NCBI RefSeq assembly: GCF_006345805.1
Contig: NC_043004.1
Location: 16,988,001-17,052,000, forward strand
From: Octopus sinensis
Taxonomy: Eukaryota
DNA length: 64,000 bases
Direction: 5' to 3'
Shown: piece by piece, positions 13,991 through 27,329 of the stretch
Numbering within the stretch: the first letter of the stretch is position 1
Layout of the letters: every line of letters starts with the position of its first letter
Position numbers and translations under genes: made by a program
The notes under the pieces: model-generated
The model's input: only the letters and a program-made list of their open reading frames with translations
Databases searched by the model: none
What the model was told of the DNA's origin: nothing

Positions 13991-16484
13991 AATATATATA
14001 TATATACATATATTATGCATGTGTATATATATACACACACACAAGCACATACATTTGTCTGTCCACACCCGGACGCATGTGTGTGTATGTGCAGCCGCGC
14101 GTGTGTGTACATAGAGTGTACGTAAGCGTGTCTGTATGGAATTGTGTGATTGTACATAAAACACTGATAATGTGATTCGCTGTGAAAAGTTCATTAGTCT
14201 GTTGTTCATAGATCAACGGGTAATAATTGCCAAGGAATAACAAAGCTTATTAACAGTATTGAGATGAAGGATTTCATCGTTAATCGGCTTCGTTTTATGA
14301 AGATGTTACTCAATAGTAATCTTCTATCTAAATTGGGTCTTTTTCCTTCCGCTTTAATTATTTTATTGCTCCTCTTGTTTTTTAATCTATTTCTGTAATT
14401 ATGAATTATTTTTAATCGATTGGTAACAATGGCTCAGATACCTTTAATGTTCTTTATAACCTGGTTAGAATGATGATTTCTGTTGAAGCTTCACAATGCG
14501 CCAACTCACAAATACTATAAAATCTGTGTTCCAATAAAATTCTTTTATGTATTTTTGCATCCTACTCACTGATTCGACGCATATAATTTTTGCTCCCCCA
14601 CTTATATCATAGAGGTATTTACATTAGAAGTAAAATAAGTGGATTCTGACACCTAAATTCATGGTAACATTATTTTGTATTTACAGTTCTTAACTTGTAA
14701 CTAATAAGTAACGATGGGCCCCTTGTATTTGTCAAACCATAGAAATGTCGAAGTCTGAGGAGATAATCTTCACGTTATTGATATTTCATAGATGCGGATA
14801 ATATAATCTGTTTCGTATTAGCTTCATTTCAAGGGTTTTAGGAATAGCCATCAACACTCAAAATTGTGAGAAACCGTTCGAGAATATTTCCATTATAATC
14901 AAAATCTATTTCATAAATATATTATGGTTATGTAGGTTTATAGTAGAAGTATTTTATTAATGAAATTGATAGTTTGTCTAAGCTGGTTGTTTAGTATGTT
15001 AGCAACATTAAAACGTGTATAATTTCTATGTTGATATATCTTCTAAAATTGGTTTCGTAAAATACGAAGATACTCACCGTAAAGTGATGCAAAATATAAC
15101 GATGTAAAACATGGCTATATATTTATAATTTTCAAAATTGAGCCTTTCCTGAAGTCATAAAGGGTTAGATTAAATACCTTACAGTATTTAATGATATCTT
15201 TTTTATGTCTGAGGTTCGAATAACGTTGCAGCTAGATATACTATTCGTCCAGCTTAGTAAATATTATAACCTCCATTCTAACCAGTCAAATATACCACGC
15301 GTATATCCGCAAATATTTTCCCTTTGACATATTAAAAGACATCAGAAATAATAATCGTCAATTGCTGACCTTTCCATTTGTGTTTCATTCAGTGCCAAAA
15401 ATTGGGTATAGAATGGAATATTTTGTGTTTATCATTACAATTCTAATTCAAGAATGTATTTATTTGAATTTTCTTTAAACTCTCGATGGTTAAGCCAGCT
15501 ACGTTGTCATTTTTCTTTTCTCTAATCTTAGTCAGTGTATTTCAGTAAAACTGCATTGATTATTATACAATACCAATTCCTGGCATGAAACGCATATCAA
15601 GTTTTATATGTCTGCTTGGAGAGCAAGCTTAGATTTTGAAAAGTATAAAAGGAAGGGGTCAATCATCAAGACATAAAACATAAGATGATCCTTGTGAGAT
15701 TTTAGATAGGAGCCCATATAGATTAAGTTAAATACTAAACTGCATTGGGCCAGCTCTCTAACATTTTGTTCATATTCTTTATTTCAATTTGTATCGTAAT
15801 GCAATCAGTGTTTCTTGATAACCTTGATACAGGATCTAACAGCCATAAAATCATTTGAGTGAACTACATAAAACCTGATCTGTATCTCAGACAATCATAC
15901 TTCTTGGATGATCGTGTTCTACTGGGAATCATGTGCTTTCTGAAAACATACTTCTATTTCAGTATAAGCCTAAATACTGTCATCAAAATAAGTTTATGTA
16001 CAAGCATTCAAAGACATATTTGGTCCTGCTATTTCTATTAAGGAGGTCGCAGTAACTGATGCGAACAGTAGATAAGACCACTTCCATTTTCTCTAATTTA
16101 AATATCTTGTTTTGTAACAGACAGCATACTGTAACTTAAAGGCAGCTAATAAGCTCATTTAACTTGTATACTTTAGCAGACATAAAGTGGTTTTTGATTA
16201 CTTGAAATGTATTTCTAATTCATCATACTTTGCCAAGGTAATATTGCTTTCTTGGCACAGAGCATCAAATTTGCTGGACTGGGTTTCAATTATTCAGTAG
16301 CAGAGAAAATTAATTTACAAACAAAATCTTATCTTTTGAGTTGGCAGAGAATCCGCTACCATTCCGAAACAGATCCTTTAACACAATGAAGGATTAGAAA
16401 CTCATGGATTTTGAATATTCTAGAGCCAGTGTTTTCTAAAGAGTTTAAACACCTTGATAAATCAATATTAATATACATTCAAAG

Positions 16485-16698
16485 AGACGAACTGGTAGAA
16501 ATGTTAGCACGCCGAGCCAAATGCTTAGGGGTGGTTCGTCTGTCTTTACGTTCTGAGTTCAAATTCCACAGAGGTCGACTTTGCCTTTCATCATTTCGGA
16601 GTCGATAAATTAAGTACCAGTTGCGTACTGGGGTCGATCTAATCGACTGGTCCCCTCCCCAAAAATGTCGGGCCTTGTGCCAAGTGTAGAAAAGAATA
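16485..16698 (+). mobile_element. SINE family B (tRNA-like head; gtcgactttgcctttcatc core)
   Basis: gacgaactggtagaaatgttagcacgccg..ttctgagttcaaattcc..gtcgactttgcctttcatc..gtcgataaattaagtaccag; partial copies at 11045-11145, 21105-21240, 25245-25400, 27230-27325(-), 33915-34090, 58770-58982(-). Confidence 0.85.
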
Positions 16699-17059
16699 TT
16701 CATATACATTCGTTAATATTTCACCTTTAAACTTCCCGTGATTGTATTCCACCTCAGCATTCATTGGAATCGTTTGTTTACAGTTACCTTTGCTTTTTAT
16801 CTTTTACTTGTTGTAGTCATTGTATTGCGGCCATGCTGGGGCACTGCCATGGAGGGTTTTAGTGGAATAAATGCAACCCAGTATTTATACTCTTAAATCA
16901 GATATTCTATCGTTCTCTTTTCTCGAATCAAATCAAAACTTTTCTCGAATCAAAACTGGCTGCCAAGTGGCAGGGGATAAAGATGGACACAAAGACACAC
17001 ACACATACACACAAAGACACACAGATATGTACATACACACAAACATACACACACCGCTT

Positions 17060-17249
17060 GTACCGTCGGCGATTTTTTTCCTCTGTCTTCCCTTCTTTGG
17101 ATCTTTCCTTTTCCTATGTTTCTGACGAAGAGCTCCGCTCGAAACGTTAAACCCTCCTTCTTTCCTTCTTTCCTGAGCGTCCAATAATACTATATTTGTT
17201 CCACGTCCTCACGTTGTTGTGTTTTCTCTTTGTGTTTTCATGTTTGGAT

Positions 17250-17255
<6 letters not shown>
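17060..17255 (+). mobile_element. Penelope-like element terminal-repeat (pLTR) fragment
   Basis: Pyrimidine-rich segment containing a minimal hammerhead, ending in (TA)n; inserted in the microsatellite of a SINE. Confidence 0.6.
17118..17152 (+). ncRNA. Minimal type I hammerhead ribozyme
   Basis: gttt-CTGACGA-a-gagc(tcc)gctc-GAAA-cg-tT-aaac: stem I gttt/aaac, stem II gagc/gctc, palindromic stem III aacgtt, GUU triplet. Confidence 0.8.
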
Positions 17256-17296
<41 letters not shown>

Positions 17297-19149
17297 GTAT
17301 ATGTATATGTATATATATTCATATATATACGATGGAATATCTCAGAGATTCCGTCAACCAAATTTCGGCTCATGGCATTGATTTACCCATGGCTACTAGA
17401 AAACTTTTACTCAAGGCGCTACGCAGTTAAACTTACTCAAAACCACGTCGCTGCAAAACGAAATTCTTAACCACACAGCCATGCCTGCGCCATTTTGGCG
17501 CAGTTGTGTTTTTGCTATCACTGAAGGAGTTAACTTAATTAATAGCAATATATTTCCTGGGGAAATAATATTTTAGCTCGACGTATATTATTTCGATCTG
17601 ATGTAGGCAAGTAGGGATGACAACTGTGGGCATGTTTTGCTCTTATTAGACTTCCTCAATGACAAAATCCTTCTCAATATTCACCACATCAGTGATAAGA
17701 GAATCGCTATATTAATGCACAATGCGTAATAGACAGATTACCAAACAGCATTCAGTATACGATAAATCAAGCCGTTGAAGAATCTCATGATTAGGATAAA
17801 CTATGATATATATCTATGAACTTGTGTTTATTTGCTATTAATATTATATAATCTATCACTTGCTTTCTTACTCTAATAATATATAAAGTGATTAACGACA
17901 ATCATTGTTTAGTGCTGCAATAATATCAAATTTCATATATCATTTATAATGTATTATGAAACAATATTTCTTCTCTCAAAAGAAACATTATTTAATGCAG
18001 CTTCTTATGTGATACCACATTTTGCTGTCTCATATAATACATAACCAGAGAAGCAGGCATCAGCATAAGTTTCCCCGCTGGTGTTGATTAATGGAATCTA
18101 ATGCAATCGGCCCACATTATATTTTTATCATGACAATTTATCAAAAGTATGTTTATTCAATGTTCCATTTATGAAATTCATCTCTGAGTATCTTCGTGAG
18201 GAGATAACAAACTCGTGTGGCAAATTACTTCATGACAGATTAGGATATCAAACATAAGACTACACCAGAGAATATTTAGAAGTAACTGTGTAAAACATTG
18301 CTCAAAATGATTTATCATGGAATCAAAGAAATATTCTTGAATGTTTTCTTCGCAAATAAATATAATTATCTTCATAAAATGATTATATTGATGGGGAAAA
18401 TGTATAAGCTTCTTGATTAAAATTGGTATGATACATATATAAACATACTTTGCTCGGATCTTCTTAATCGTTGATGCCTCAGATATATCTAAAGGTAAAA
18501 TTACGAATCCTCATCAGCAGCATCGTTGGGAATAATTTCCTCTGGAAACGAAAACTACATAGTATACTTCGAAAGCTCAATTATATATACAACTAGGAAC
18601 AAAAACAATATATATAAATAACGCTCCAAACTTCAAAGCAATTTGTAGTCAATTAATATGAGGAATCGGATTTTCAATAAAATCTTCAACATTAATACAA
18701 AACGAAGCAACTAATGTTACTTAATTAATGAAAACAATACCGCTATATATTTAGAGAGAGAAATGTTATGTGATTTTATAAATTGCTCATGTTAACCATT
18801 TTATATTAACGTTACGTATCGAATATTAGACACAGGGATAATCCAAAATTTATGAAGAAAAGCAATGAATGACGAGTCATCCTTAAGAAAAACTTTAATT
18901 TACATTGCTCTCGTGTTGAAAGTCAACCTGTTAGAACCTACGAATTTTTTCTACTTACAGGGAATAGTGATGTCGACCTAGTGGGAATATAAATTCAGCT
19001 GAAATAATTATTCTAGTCAACAAAACCCATAGAAGATTGTAGCGACAACTATTTCTTGCCTGTTGATATACATAGACATGTGTATGTATGTTTGCATATC
19101 TATATATACACGTGTATGTGTGTTTGTAAGTATGTATATATTTTTTTTT

Positions 19150-19398
19150 CGTCCTTTTCAAGCCTAACCAGGCTCATGGGCCCGGTTTCCCGTTTTCTGT
19201 GACGTATGTGTTCCCCCCAGCTGAGAGAAAGTTGAGGCGAAAGAATACAACAGAGGGTCGCCACCACCTGCTGTCGGAGCCTCGTGGACCTTTAGGTGCT
19301 TTCGCTCAACAAACACACAACGCCCGGTCTGGGAATCGAAACTGCGATCCTCCGTCCGCGAGTCCGCGGCCCTAACCACCGGGCCATTGCGCCTCCAC
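19150..19398 (-). mobile_element. SINE family C, internally deleted
   Basis: Matches 3995-4319 (ctgtcggagcctcgtgga..cgcccggtctgggaatcgaaac..ccattgcgcctccac). Confidence 0.85.
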
Positions 19399-19876
19399 AT
19401 GTATGTATATGTATATATATGCGTGTGTGTGTGTGTGTGTTGTGTGTGTGTGTGTGTGTGTGTGTATGAACCACTCCGAGTGAAAATGATTCAAAGGAAG
19501 CTTATCAGATTTGGTTCAAATAAAAGTGCAACGTTAAAATTTTAATTGGACCGATTCGCTTAAGCAGCATAAACGCCATGACACATTCCACCAGCACTAA
19601 GAGTAAGAGGAGCATCGTCCTGGCCAGTAAACATCAGCAGCAGCATATATGAGATGCAGCATCTTCGAAGCTACATTTCCTAATCTTAATATCCGCTCTT
19701 TTTGTCATCTGTCACAAAATATAATTCATTATTGAGAAACATGTCAAATTATACGAAAACTACCACAAATATCAGAATAACGTAGCTACCACCATCATCA
19801 GCAGCAGCAACAGAAGCAGCAGTATGATGGCCATTGTCGACATCAGCTTTACCATGTCATCGTATTATTATTATTA

Positions 19877-19932
<56 letters not shown>

Positions 19933-20685
19933 AGGCAGTGAACTGGCAGAATCGTTACCACGCTGGGCGAAATGTTAAACGGTATTTCGTCTACCGTTAC
20001 GTTCTGAGTTCAAATTTCGCCGAGGTCGACTTTGCCTTTCATCCTTTCGGGGTCGATAAATAAAGTACCAGTTACTCACTGGCGTCGATATAATCGACTT
20101 AATCCGTTTGTCTGTCCTTGTTTGTCCTCTCTGTGTTTAGTCCCTTGTGGATAGTAAAGAAATAGGTATTTCGTCTGACATTACGTTCTGAGTTCAAATA
20201 CCACCGGGGTCTACTTTGCCTTTCATCCTTTCGGGGTCGATAAATAAAGTACCAGTTACTCACTGGCGTCGATATAATCGACTTAATCCGTTTGTCTGTC
20301 CTTGTTTGTCCTCTCTGTGTTTAGTCCCTTGTGGATAGTAAAGAAATAGGTATTTCGTCTGACATTACGTTCTGAGTTCAAATACCACCGGGGTCTACTT
20401 TGCCTTTCATCCTTTCGGGGCCGATAAATAAAGTACCAGTTACTCACTGGCGTCGATATAATCGACTTAATCCGTTTGTCTGTCCTTGTTTATCCTCTCT
20501 GTGTTTAGCCCCTTGTGGGTAGTAAAGAAATAGATATTTCGTCTGACATTACGTTCTGAGTTCAAATACCACCGGGGTCTACTTTGCTTTTCATCCTTTC
20601 GGGGTTGATAAATTAAGTACTTGTTTTGTACTGAGATCGATCTAATCGAATGAACTCCCAAATTTTAGGCCTTGTAGAAAGGATT
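19933..20685 (+). mobile_element. SINE family B with a 184-bp internal tandem amplification (~3.7 units)
   Basis: g(g/a)tatttcgtc recurs at 19981, 20165, 20349 and 20533; near-identical units. Confidence 0.9.
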
Positions 20686-20782
20686 ATTATTATTATTATT
20701 ATTATTATTATCATTATTATTGTTTTTGTTGTTGTTGTTGTGTTGTTGTGTTGTTGTTGTTGTTGTTGTTGTTGTTGTATTT

Positions 20783-21100
20783 GTCTTTGCACAGCTTCTA
20801 ACGTTGAAAATGTACTACGGTGTCAGCTGTTCACTACCACTGAACATTCCGCAGAGGTCCGTTACACTTGTGTGGTATATATTCTTTTTCACTGAGTTGT
20901 TATTCAATGTCTAGTCCTGATTAGGCTTTCAGTATTCTTTTTTTTAGGTCACCCTTGTTGAGCCACTTTCATGATGCTTCCTGATCTTTTAATTTGTTGG
21001 TTTCACGGTGGAACTGACCATGTAATTCCATATGGAGCAGGGTTTCTTCTCTCTCATTGACTGTTCTTGATCGGAACTGTGTCCATTTCAGGATGAGTGC
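20783..21100 (-). mobile_element. Dong/R4-like LINE relic (post-RT fragment plus 3' UTR)
   Basis: Minus strand LLHMELHGQFHRET..S*KWLNKGDLK..TESLI; UTR shared with 21727-21843. Confidence 0.65.
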
Positions 21101-21267
21101 CCAAGGACAGCGAGCTGGCAGAACCATTATTCTGAATTCAAATGCTGCTTGGATCGACTTTGCCTTTCATTCTTTCAGGGTCGATAAAATATATGCTACT
21201 TGAGTGTTGGGATCGATGTAATCGATTATCTCCCTTCTCCAATTATTATTATTATTATTATTATATT

Positions 21268-21668
21268 TTCTTCTTCTTCTTTCAAATTTGCTTCCATATC
21301 TTGCCGAATGTCTTCTCGACTCCTAGGGCAAAGAAACTCATAGTATACATTGGTAGGCCATTAAACTAAACTCACTAGTTCGTTCATTTTTTTTTTTTAA
21401 GTTAAATTAAAATACATGGGTAGTAATAGTTCTTACATCGACAATGCTCTTCTCAATACGTGTGATGTACCAGTTAAGACAATCTTTTGCGCTTCTTGCA
21501 GGGATGGTAAGTCAGGGATCATTCCCATATAATTTTCGGTTCCCTTCTTGATCATTCCTAGTGCTCCTACGATCACTGGTATTGTAACCGCCTTGAGATG
21601 CCACATTTTCTCAATTTCAATGAGCAGGTCTTTATATTTTCTGAGCTTGTCAAACCCTTTCGCCGATA
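21268..21668 (-). mobile_element. Dong/R4-like LINE 3' end (restriction-like endonuclease C-terminus)
   Basis: Minus strand KLRKYKDLLIEIEKMWHLKAVTIPVIVGALGMIKKG..QKIVLTGTSHVLRRALSM*; (ATT)n on both sides. Confidence 0.85.
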
Positions 21669-21682
21669 TATTATTATTATTA

Positions 21683-21726
<44 letters not shown>

Positions 21727-21727
<1 letters not shown>

Positions 21728-21843
21728 CCTTTGCACAGCTTCTAACGCTGGAGATGTACTACAGTGTCAGCTGTTCACTACCAGTGAATTAAGGAAACAC
21801 CTCTTACTTTTCGAGCACCTTCCGGAGTATTCGAGCGGTTCCA
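21727..21843 (-). mobile_element. Very short Dong/R4-like 3' end
   Basis: Minus strand GTARILRKVLEK* plus UTR, embedded in (ATT)n. Confidence 0.7.
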
Positions 21844-21844
21844 A

Positions 21845-21879
<35 letters not shown>

Positions 21880-22059
21880 TATTATTATTATTATTATTAT
21901 TATTATCATCATATTTGCTGCGGAACACATCGGACATATTTTCGAACGCTCCAAATAAGTTCAGTTCAAAATATTTATTTATTCCAGGATTGTTATTTTT
22001 CTTTTTTGTAATAATTGTTTTATTCTAAGTTGTGAAATAGAAGCACCAGGAACTTATTG

Positions 22060-23150
22060 GTTTTAATGGTTGTGTAGCCCCCAGAGGGGCGATTTTCAGC
22101 CCACCAAGTAAATTCGGTGAGTGTTAAAATTTAATGGAATCAATACAACTCAACAAGACGGTGGAGCGCGTCTTGAAAGAGTTAAGGAAAAACAAAACAA
22201 ACCCTCCTACTAATATGGTAATGGATGAAGACTTCTTTCCCCTTCCCTCTGTTACGGACAACAGTACAGGGGAAGGGGAAGAGGAGAAGAACAAGACTGT
22301 CATGTTACAAAGTACAACGAAAAGAAATAGCAATAGTAGCAGGATCACTAACAGCGGTAGAAATGACAACAGCAGCAGCCGCAACAGTAGTAGTGGTGAG
22401 AGCAGCAACAACCACGAAAAAGAACACAACAGCAGTACCAAAAGTGACGAGAGCAACAACAACAAAACCAATACTTATTTCTTTACTACCCACAAGGGGC
22501 TAAACACAGAGAGGACAAACAAGGACAGACAAACGGATTAAGTCGATTATATCGACCCCAGTGCATAACTGGTACTTAATTTATCGACCCCTAAAGGATG
22601 AAAGGCAAAGTCGACCTCGGCGGAATTTGAACTCAGAACGTAGCGGCAGACGAAATACCGCAAAGCATTTTACCCGGCGTGCTAACGTTTCTGCTAGCTC
22701 GCCGCCTTAGCATTTTACCAACCTCATCGCTAAGAATGACAACAGCGGCAGCAGCAGCAAAAGTGACAACAACAACAAAAACGATAGCGAAAACAATACA
22801 AATAAAAATATCAAAAATAGATTTGCAGCAGCCAAGACCAAACACTGATGTATCGTAGACCTAAGAAATAGGGAGATGGCCGCTCCCAAAGGCATGGAGA
22901 CCAATTAAAGAAGAGGAAAACTGGGCAAATCTGACTGTCTCATCAGAGGCAGTTGAAGCATTCGAGAGAGGAACGGTACTTTTCAAATGCATCTCAGCAG
23001 ACACAGAAAGAGCGGCTTTGATAGCCCAAGTAGATATTGAGGCGGCGTAAGGTGCATAGGTATTGACATCGAATACATAGCGAGGGGCATTTATGTTCCC
23101 ACCGTGGGCAATATTGCCTTTCATCTATTCAAGGTCACTAATCACCTGCG
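22060..23150 (+). mobile_element. Decayed LINE ORF1-like (5') region, split by a SINE
   Basis: MESIQLNKTVERVLKELRK..DFFPLP, T/A/S-rich linker, then RWPLPKAWRPIKEEENWANLTVSSEAVEAFERGTVLFKC..; stops and frameshifts; intronless. ORF1 identity is recognised from memory, not aligned. Confidence 0.5.
22470..22707 (-). mobile_element. SINE family B, full length
   Basis: ctttactacccacaaggggctaaacacagag..ggatgaaaggcaaagtcgacctcggcggaatttgaactcagaacg..gctcgccgcc. Confidence 0.9.
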
Positions 23151-24599
23151 TCTAAAATTGCTGGTCTAAAATTTGAAATATTTTTTTTTTATATTTGTCT
23201 GTTATTCATGGAAGTGTTACAAAACTCTGCTACACTTTTATGATTATCAACAATTTTTATAGGAGGAAAGTTATTTCTTTTGGGATTATTTCACGAACTG
23301 GAGACATTACTGTCTGTCAACAGAAGGTCTGTGTTTAAGCGCAAATATATATATATTTCTTCCTGACGTTTATTTTGTTTACAACAATTTCCAATGTGAC
23401 TTCTACTTCTACAACAGGAATGATAAGAAAGGAATTAGCAAGAAAGGAATTAGTAGTGTATACACGTCTCTGAAAATGAAACAGTCACCTAATCTTCGAA
23501 CACACGTAAACAAATTTAAAAGAAGATAAAGAAAAACTTTTTGACGATAATCGGGAGAAAATGAAAATAAAACATATATTCTTAAATACAATCTCAATTT
23601 AATATTGAATAATGCAGACTTGAACGTCGTAGAAGAAACAACAATAACAATAGTATACACACATACACCAGCTTGTCAAATAAAGAAGATATTAAATAAG
23701 CCAGTAGTTTAAGCGTTGCTATTACTGTCAGTGACAGGCAGATATTGAAAATTAACTACTTCGCCGAGAACAAATTCCTCGGCAATATTTTGTAAACAAA
23801 GAGACATCTCTTTGCCAGAGCCTTTCATTCGAGAGCTGAGAGATTAAGAAAATTACCAAACGCTGGATCTCTTAAACGACAGGTTTTCTCATGCTCTTAA
23901 AGGAACGATCAGTAGCGAAGTATTTTAATTAGTCGAGGAAAGGGGTACGGAGACGTATGTCTATTTGTCACACTAAGTACGGTGGGGGAGAAAGAAGACC
24001 AAGCTGGCGTGTCATACATTCCCATACGACAGAGCCATAATGATCGCGTCGATTAAATATGAGGGTTACATTAAAACACATTTAGATGGTCGTCATCTTT
24101 GTAGAACTGTACTGACAGATTATGAACTCTGAGGTGGCCAGGAATGACAAGTGGTCGAGCCAGACCTCAAAGGACATGTAATTTCTAGTGATTCCTTGAT
24201 ATCATTAAACTATACTGGATGCGTCATGCCAAGGGTAAAAGTGAGTTCCTGATCGCGAGAAGCAGAAGGCCTGGCTACTGTGCAGAATGAATGCTCTCAT
24301 ATGGCTCTTACAGTCTATGGTTGTAAGAGTGAGAGGGAGAGAGAAGGGCGAAGAGAACAGCAGCAGCCTAGCAACAGTAACACCTAATCTGCGTCTGTTA
24401 TAATAGTTATCCATAATGTTCCAGCCATTAAACCACACCTGTATGTAGCTATGCATGCGTTTTTTGAACATTGTTGAATCCAGAAACTTTCCATTTACAT
24501 ATTTTTAATGCATATTTTTCATTTTCTCTACAGCAATATATACCATTACCTTGGCATGTATTCCTTTGCACTTTTAAATTCCTGTACCGATCCGACTTA

Positions 24600-25000
24600 C
24601 AGTGAAATTTCTTTACTCCAATTATCTAACAAAAAGGTCCTTGCTGATACAGCACTTAGTATATCATTCTCTTGATGTTCATTCCTATTGTTCAGCTTTT
24701 GACAAAATTTCCTTTCATTATTTCTGAAGAACCTGCTCAGATGATGTTCGTTTATTCATTGTTAGCATCTAATTTTCCTGGTTTGTTTTTACCTTACTTG
24801 ATTTTGCCTTAATTCTTTGTCTTATCTCTAGCTAATCCCCAGTGGATCTCGTTCCTATGACTTTCCTTTGGCGTCTTCATTTCAGTTATAGCATTTGTCC
24901 TTTCAAGATCTCTAATCAGCCGTTCAATTTGATTCTCAAGTATCCATTTCCGCCTATGGTGCAAATTCAGGTGCTGCACAGTATATGGTCATTTATATGT
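24600..25000 (-). mobile_element. Dong/R4-like LINE N-terminal relic
   Basis: Minus strand, frameshifted: KWILENQIERLIRDLER..LEIRQRIKAKSSKV..FFRNNERKFCQKLN..NWSKE, resembling the pre-RT region of R4/Dong. Confidence 0.5.
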
Positions 25001-25470
25001 TACATGGTCAACTTTAATAGTTTAAACAGTATCTTTACTGCTTCGTGCAGTTTTTAACTTTCAATTCCTCTGAAAGTAAACTGGTTTTATTCCCAATTCA
25101 TAGGACATAAGATGGGATACGGTATCGAATTTTTAACTTACCCTCACATATATTTTGTATAATGTTTTTATCCTTTATTTCTGTTTTATGTAACTTTATT
25201 TGTTTCTTTCGATATATTTTGTAACCCTTGTAAAAGTTTGGAAGGATAGCAGATTCGTTAGTTCGTCGGAAAAAATGCCTTGTGATCTTCTGGTTCTCTA
25301 TGTCTAAAGTTCAAATCTCATCGAAGTTACCTTTGGTTTAATCTTTTTTAGGTCGATAAAATAAAGTACCAGTCAATTATGTGATCAAATGTTCCTTTCT
25401 ACCGAAGTTAACTTTTTACCTATATCAGAAACTATTATTATTATCATTATTATTATTTTTGTTATTATTA

Positions 25471-25518
<48 letters not shown>

Positions 25519-26339
25519 TATTATTATTATTAAAGTTATCATCATCATCATCATCATCATCATCATTATAATGGTAATGACAGTGAAAGCAATAGTTGCT
25601 GTTTTCTATTTCTTTACATTGAATTTGTACCCAGCAAGCAATACAATAGCGCAACTCCATAAGAATTCTTACAATTACATATTTCTATTATGTGCAGAGA
25701 CTTCACATTAGGATTTTTTCTTTCATTTTTCAATTGTTGAATACAATTTCACTTGTTTAATGTGTATTTTGATTTACACAAGAACATCTTTACATTGTAA
25801 TATATATTTGAGAACAGTTTTCATTTTTTAACACGTGATTGTTCATTTTTTTTATATAACATTGCAGCAACTATAATACATTAGGAGGTTAGTTTAATGT
25901 TGTTTCATTTCAATTCATTTTGATGTAATTTCTTCCAAAACATAAAGGAACTGGTACAAACATAATGTCGGATTAGATACCTTCAGGTATATATATATAA
26001 CTATATATATTCTGCGTGTTTAAAATTCATTAAATTTTACTTTGCTTATCGTTCCTTTACAATTGACAGACTATCAATAACAGAAGTGAAGCTTATTCGA
26101 TTAACTATACCTGTTCCTCGCAGCCTTATATCAATGTTAGATATAAATGTAATTCTTTTCATAATACGATCAGTCAAAGGAAGTTACAGCACTTGGTACG
26201 AACTAGCTTAGTCCTGACTGAGTAGGTCAGTTAACGAGAGTGTTACCGTTATGATGATCAGTTATATACTGGATCAAGAACTGGGCTACCCCTTTTTTAA
26301 ATAGTGTAGTGCAGGAAGAGCCAATCACAATCGAGGGGG

Positions 26340-26962
26340 CATCTGTGTAAGACGTTAGTGAGTTTGTCTATCTTGGCAGCAAGATCACCAAAATCAGGTG
26401 AATCAGACGAGTACATCACAGCAAGAAGCAAGAAGGCTTGGCAAGCCTTCGCTATTCTTCGGCCGGTATTGAAGTCCACTGCCATCTCAACTCGAACTAA
26501 ACTCCGCTTATTTAGTTCAAACGTAAAATCTGTACTTTTGTATGACTCTGAAACATAGAGATCCACCTGCAGCAACTACAAGAAGATCCAGAGCTTCATC
26601 AACAAAAGTCTCCGGCAGATCCTCCATCTGAAGTGGTTCGACAGAGTGCCAAACACCGATCTGTGGAAAAGGGCCAACCAGGAACCCATACATGTTCAGA
26701 TTAGACGAAGGAAATGGAGATGGATCGGGGACACACTGCGGAAAGAACCCTCAAATATGACACGACATGCACTTGGCTGGAACCCGCAGGGGAAACGGAA
26801 GCGAGGACGCTCGAAGCAGACATGGAAGCTGAGCATTTTGGACGAGCTCAGGGCCACCGGCCTGACATGGGAAGCAGCTAACAAACATGCCAATGACCGC
26901 AAAAAGTGGAAAACAACTGTTGAGGCCCTATGCCCCACAAGGGGCAAAAAGGATTAAGAAAA
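26340..26962 (+). mobile_element. RTE-clade LINE 3' fragment
   Basis: ARSKKAWQAFAILRPVLKS..TKLRLFSSNVKSVLLYDSET*..IRRRKWRWIGDTLRK..WNPQGKRKRGRSKQTW..DRKKWKTTVEALC. Confidence 0.88.
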
Positions 26963-27329
26963 AGTGTGATTTGATGGCGATTTGGTTGATATTTATTGCA
27001 GGTCAATTACCTCAACATACTCCTCCCTTTTGACTCGGTCCCCAGTGTATGGAGCAGTCAGATATATTTATTGAATACTCTTCACATTCTAGTAAATTAG
27101 TGATATTTTATAAGATTGGAGAACAAGCAGTAGCCTTTTATTTTAGATTTCTAAGGCCGATTAACCGGCATCCATGTTGTATAAATATCCAAAAAGGCAA
27201 CAATCTCCTTGAATGGGAAAGCCAGCAATTATAAGAGGCGGTGACAGAACAATTACATCGAGCCTAGTACATGACTAGTATTTTATTTCGTTGACCTCGA
27301 ACGGATGAAAGGCAAAGTAGACCTCTTAT

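Larger units (their letters stand above)
16800..17495 (-). mobile_element. SINE family A, interrupted by a hammerhead-bearing repeat (17060-17255)
   Basis: 3' half at 16800-17050 and 5' half at 17330-17495 (cttaaccacacagccatgcctgcgcc). Confidence 0.75.

Noticed and set aside
22134-22541. 135-aa Ser/Asn-rich ORF as a host gene
   Set aside because: Runs into a SINE, and the continuation has stops and frameshifts; better explained as a retroelement ORF1 relic
23690-24180. Possible RTE 3' remnant (similar weak hints at 37400-37900, 44300-44560 and 54650-54870)
   Set aside because: Only scattered motif resemblance; too degraded to call without alignment
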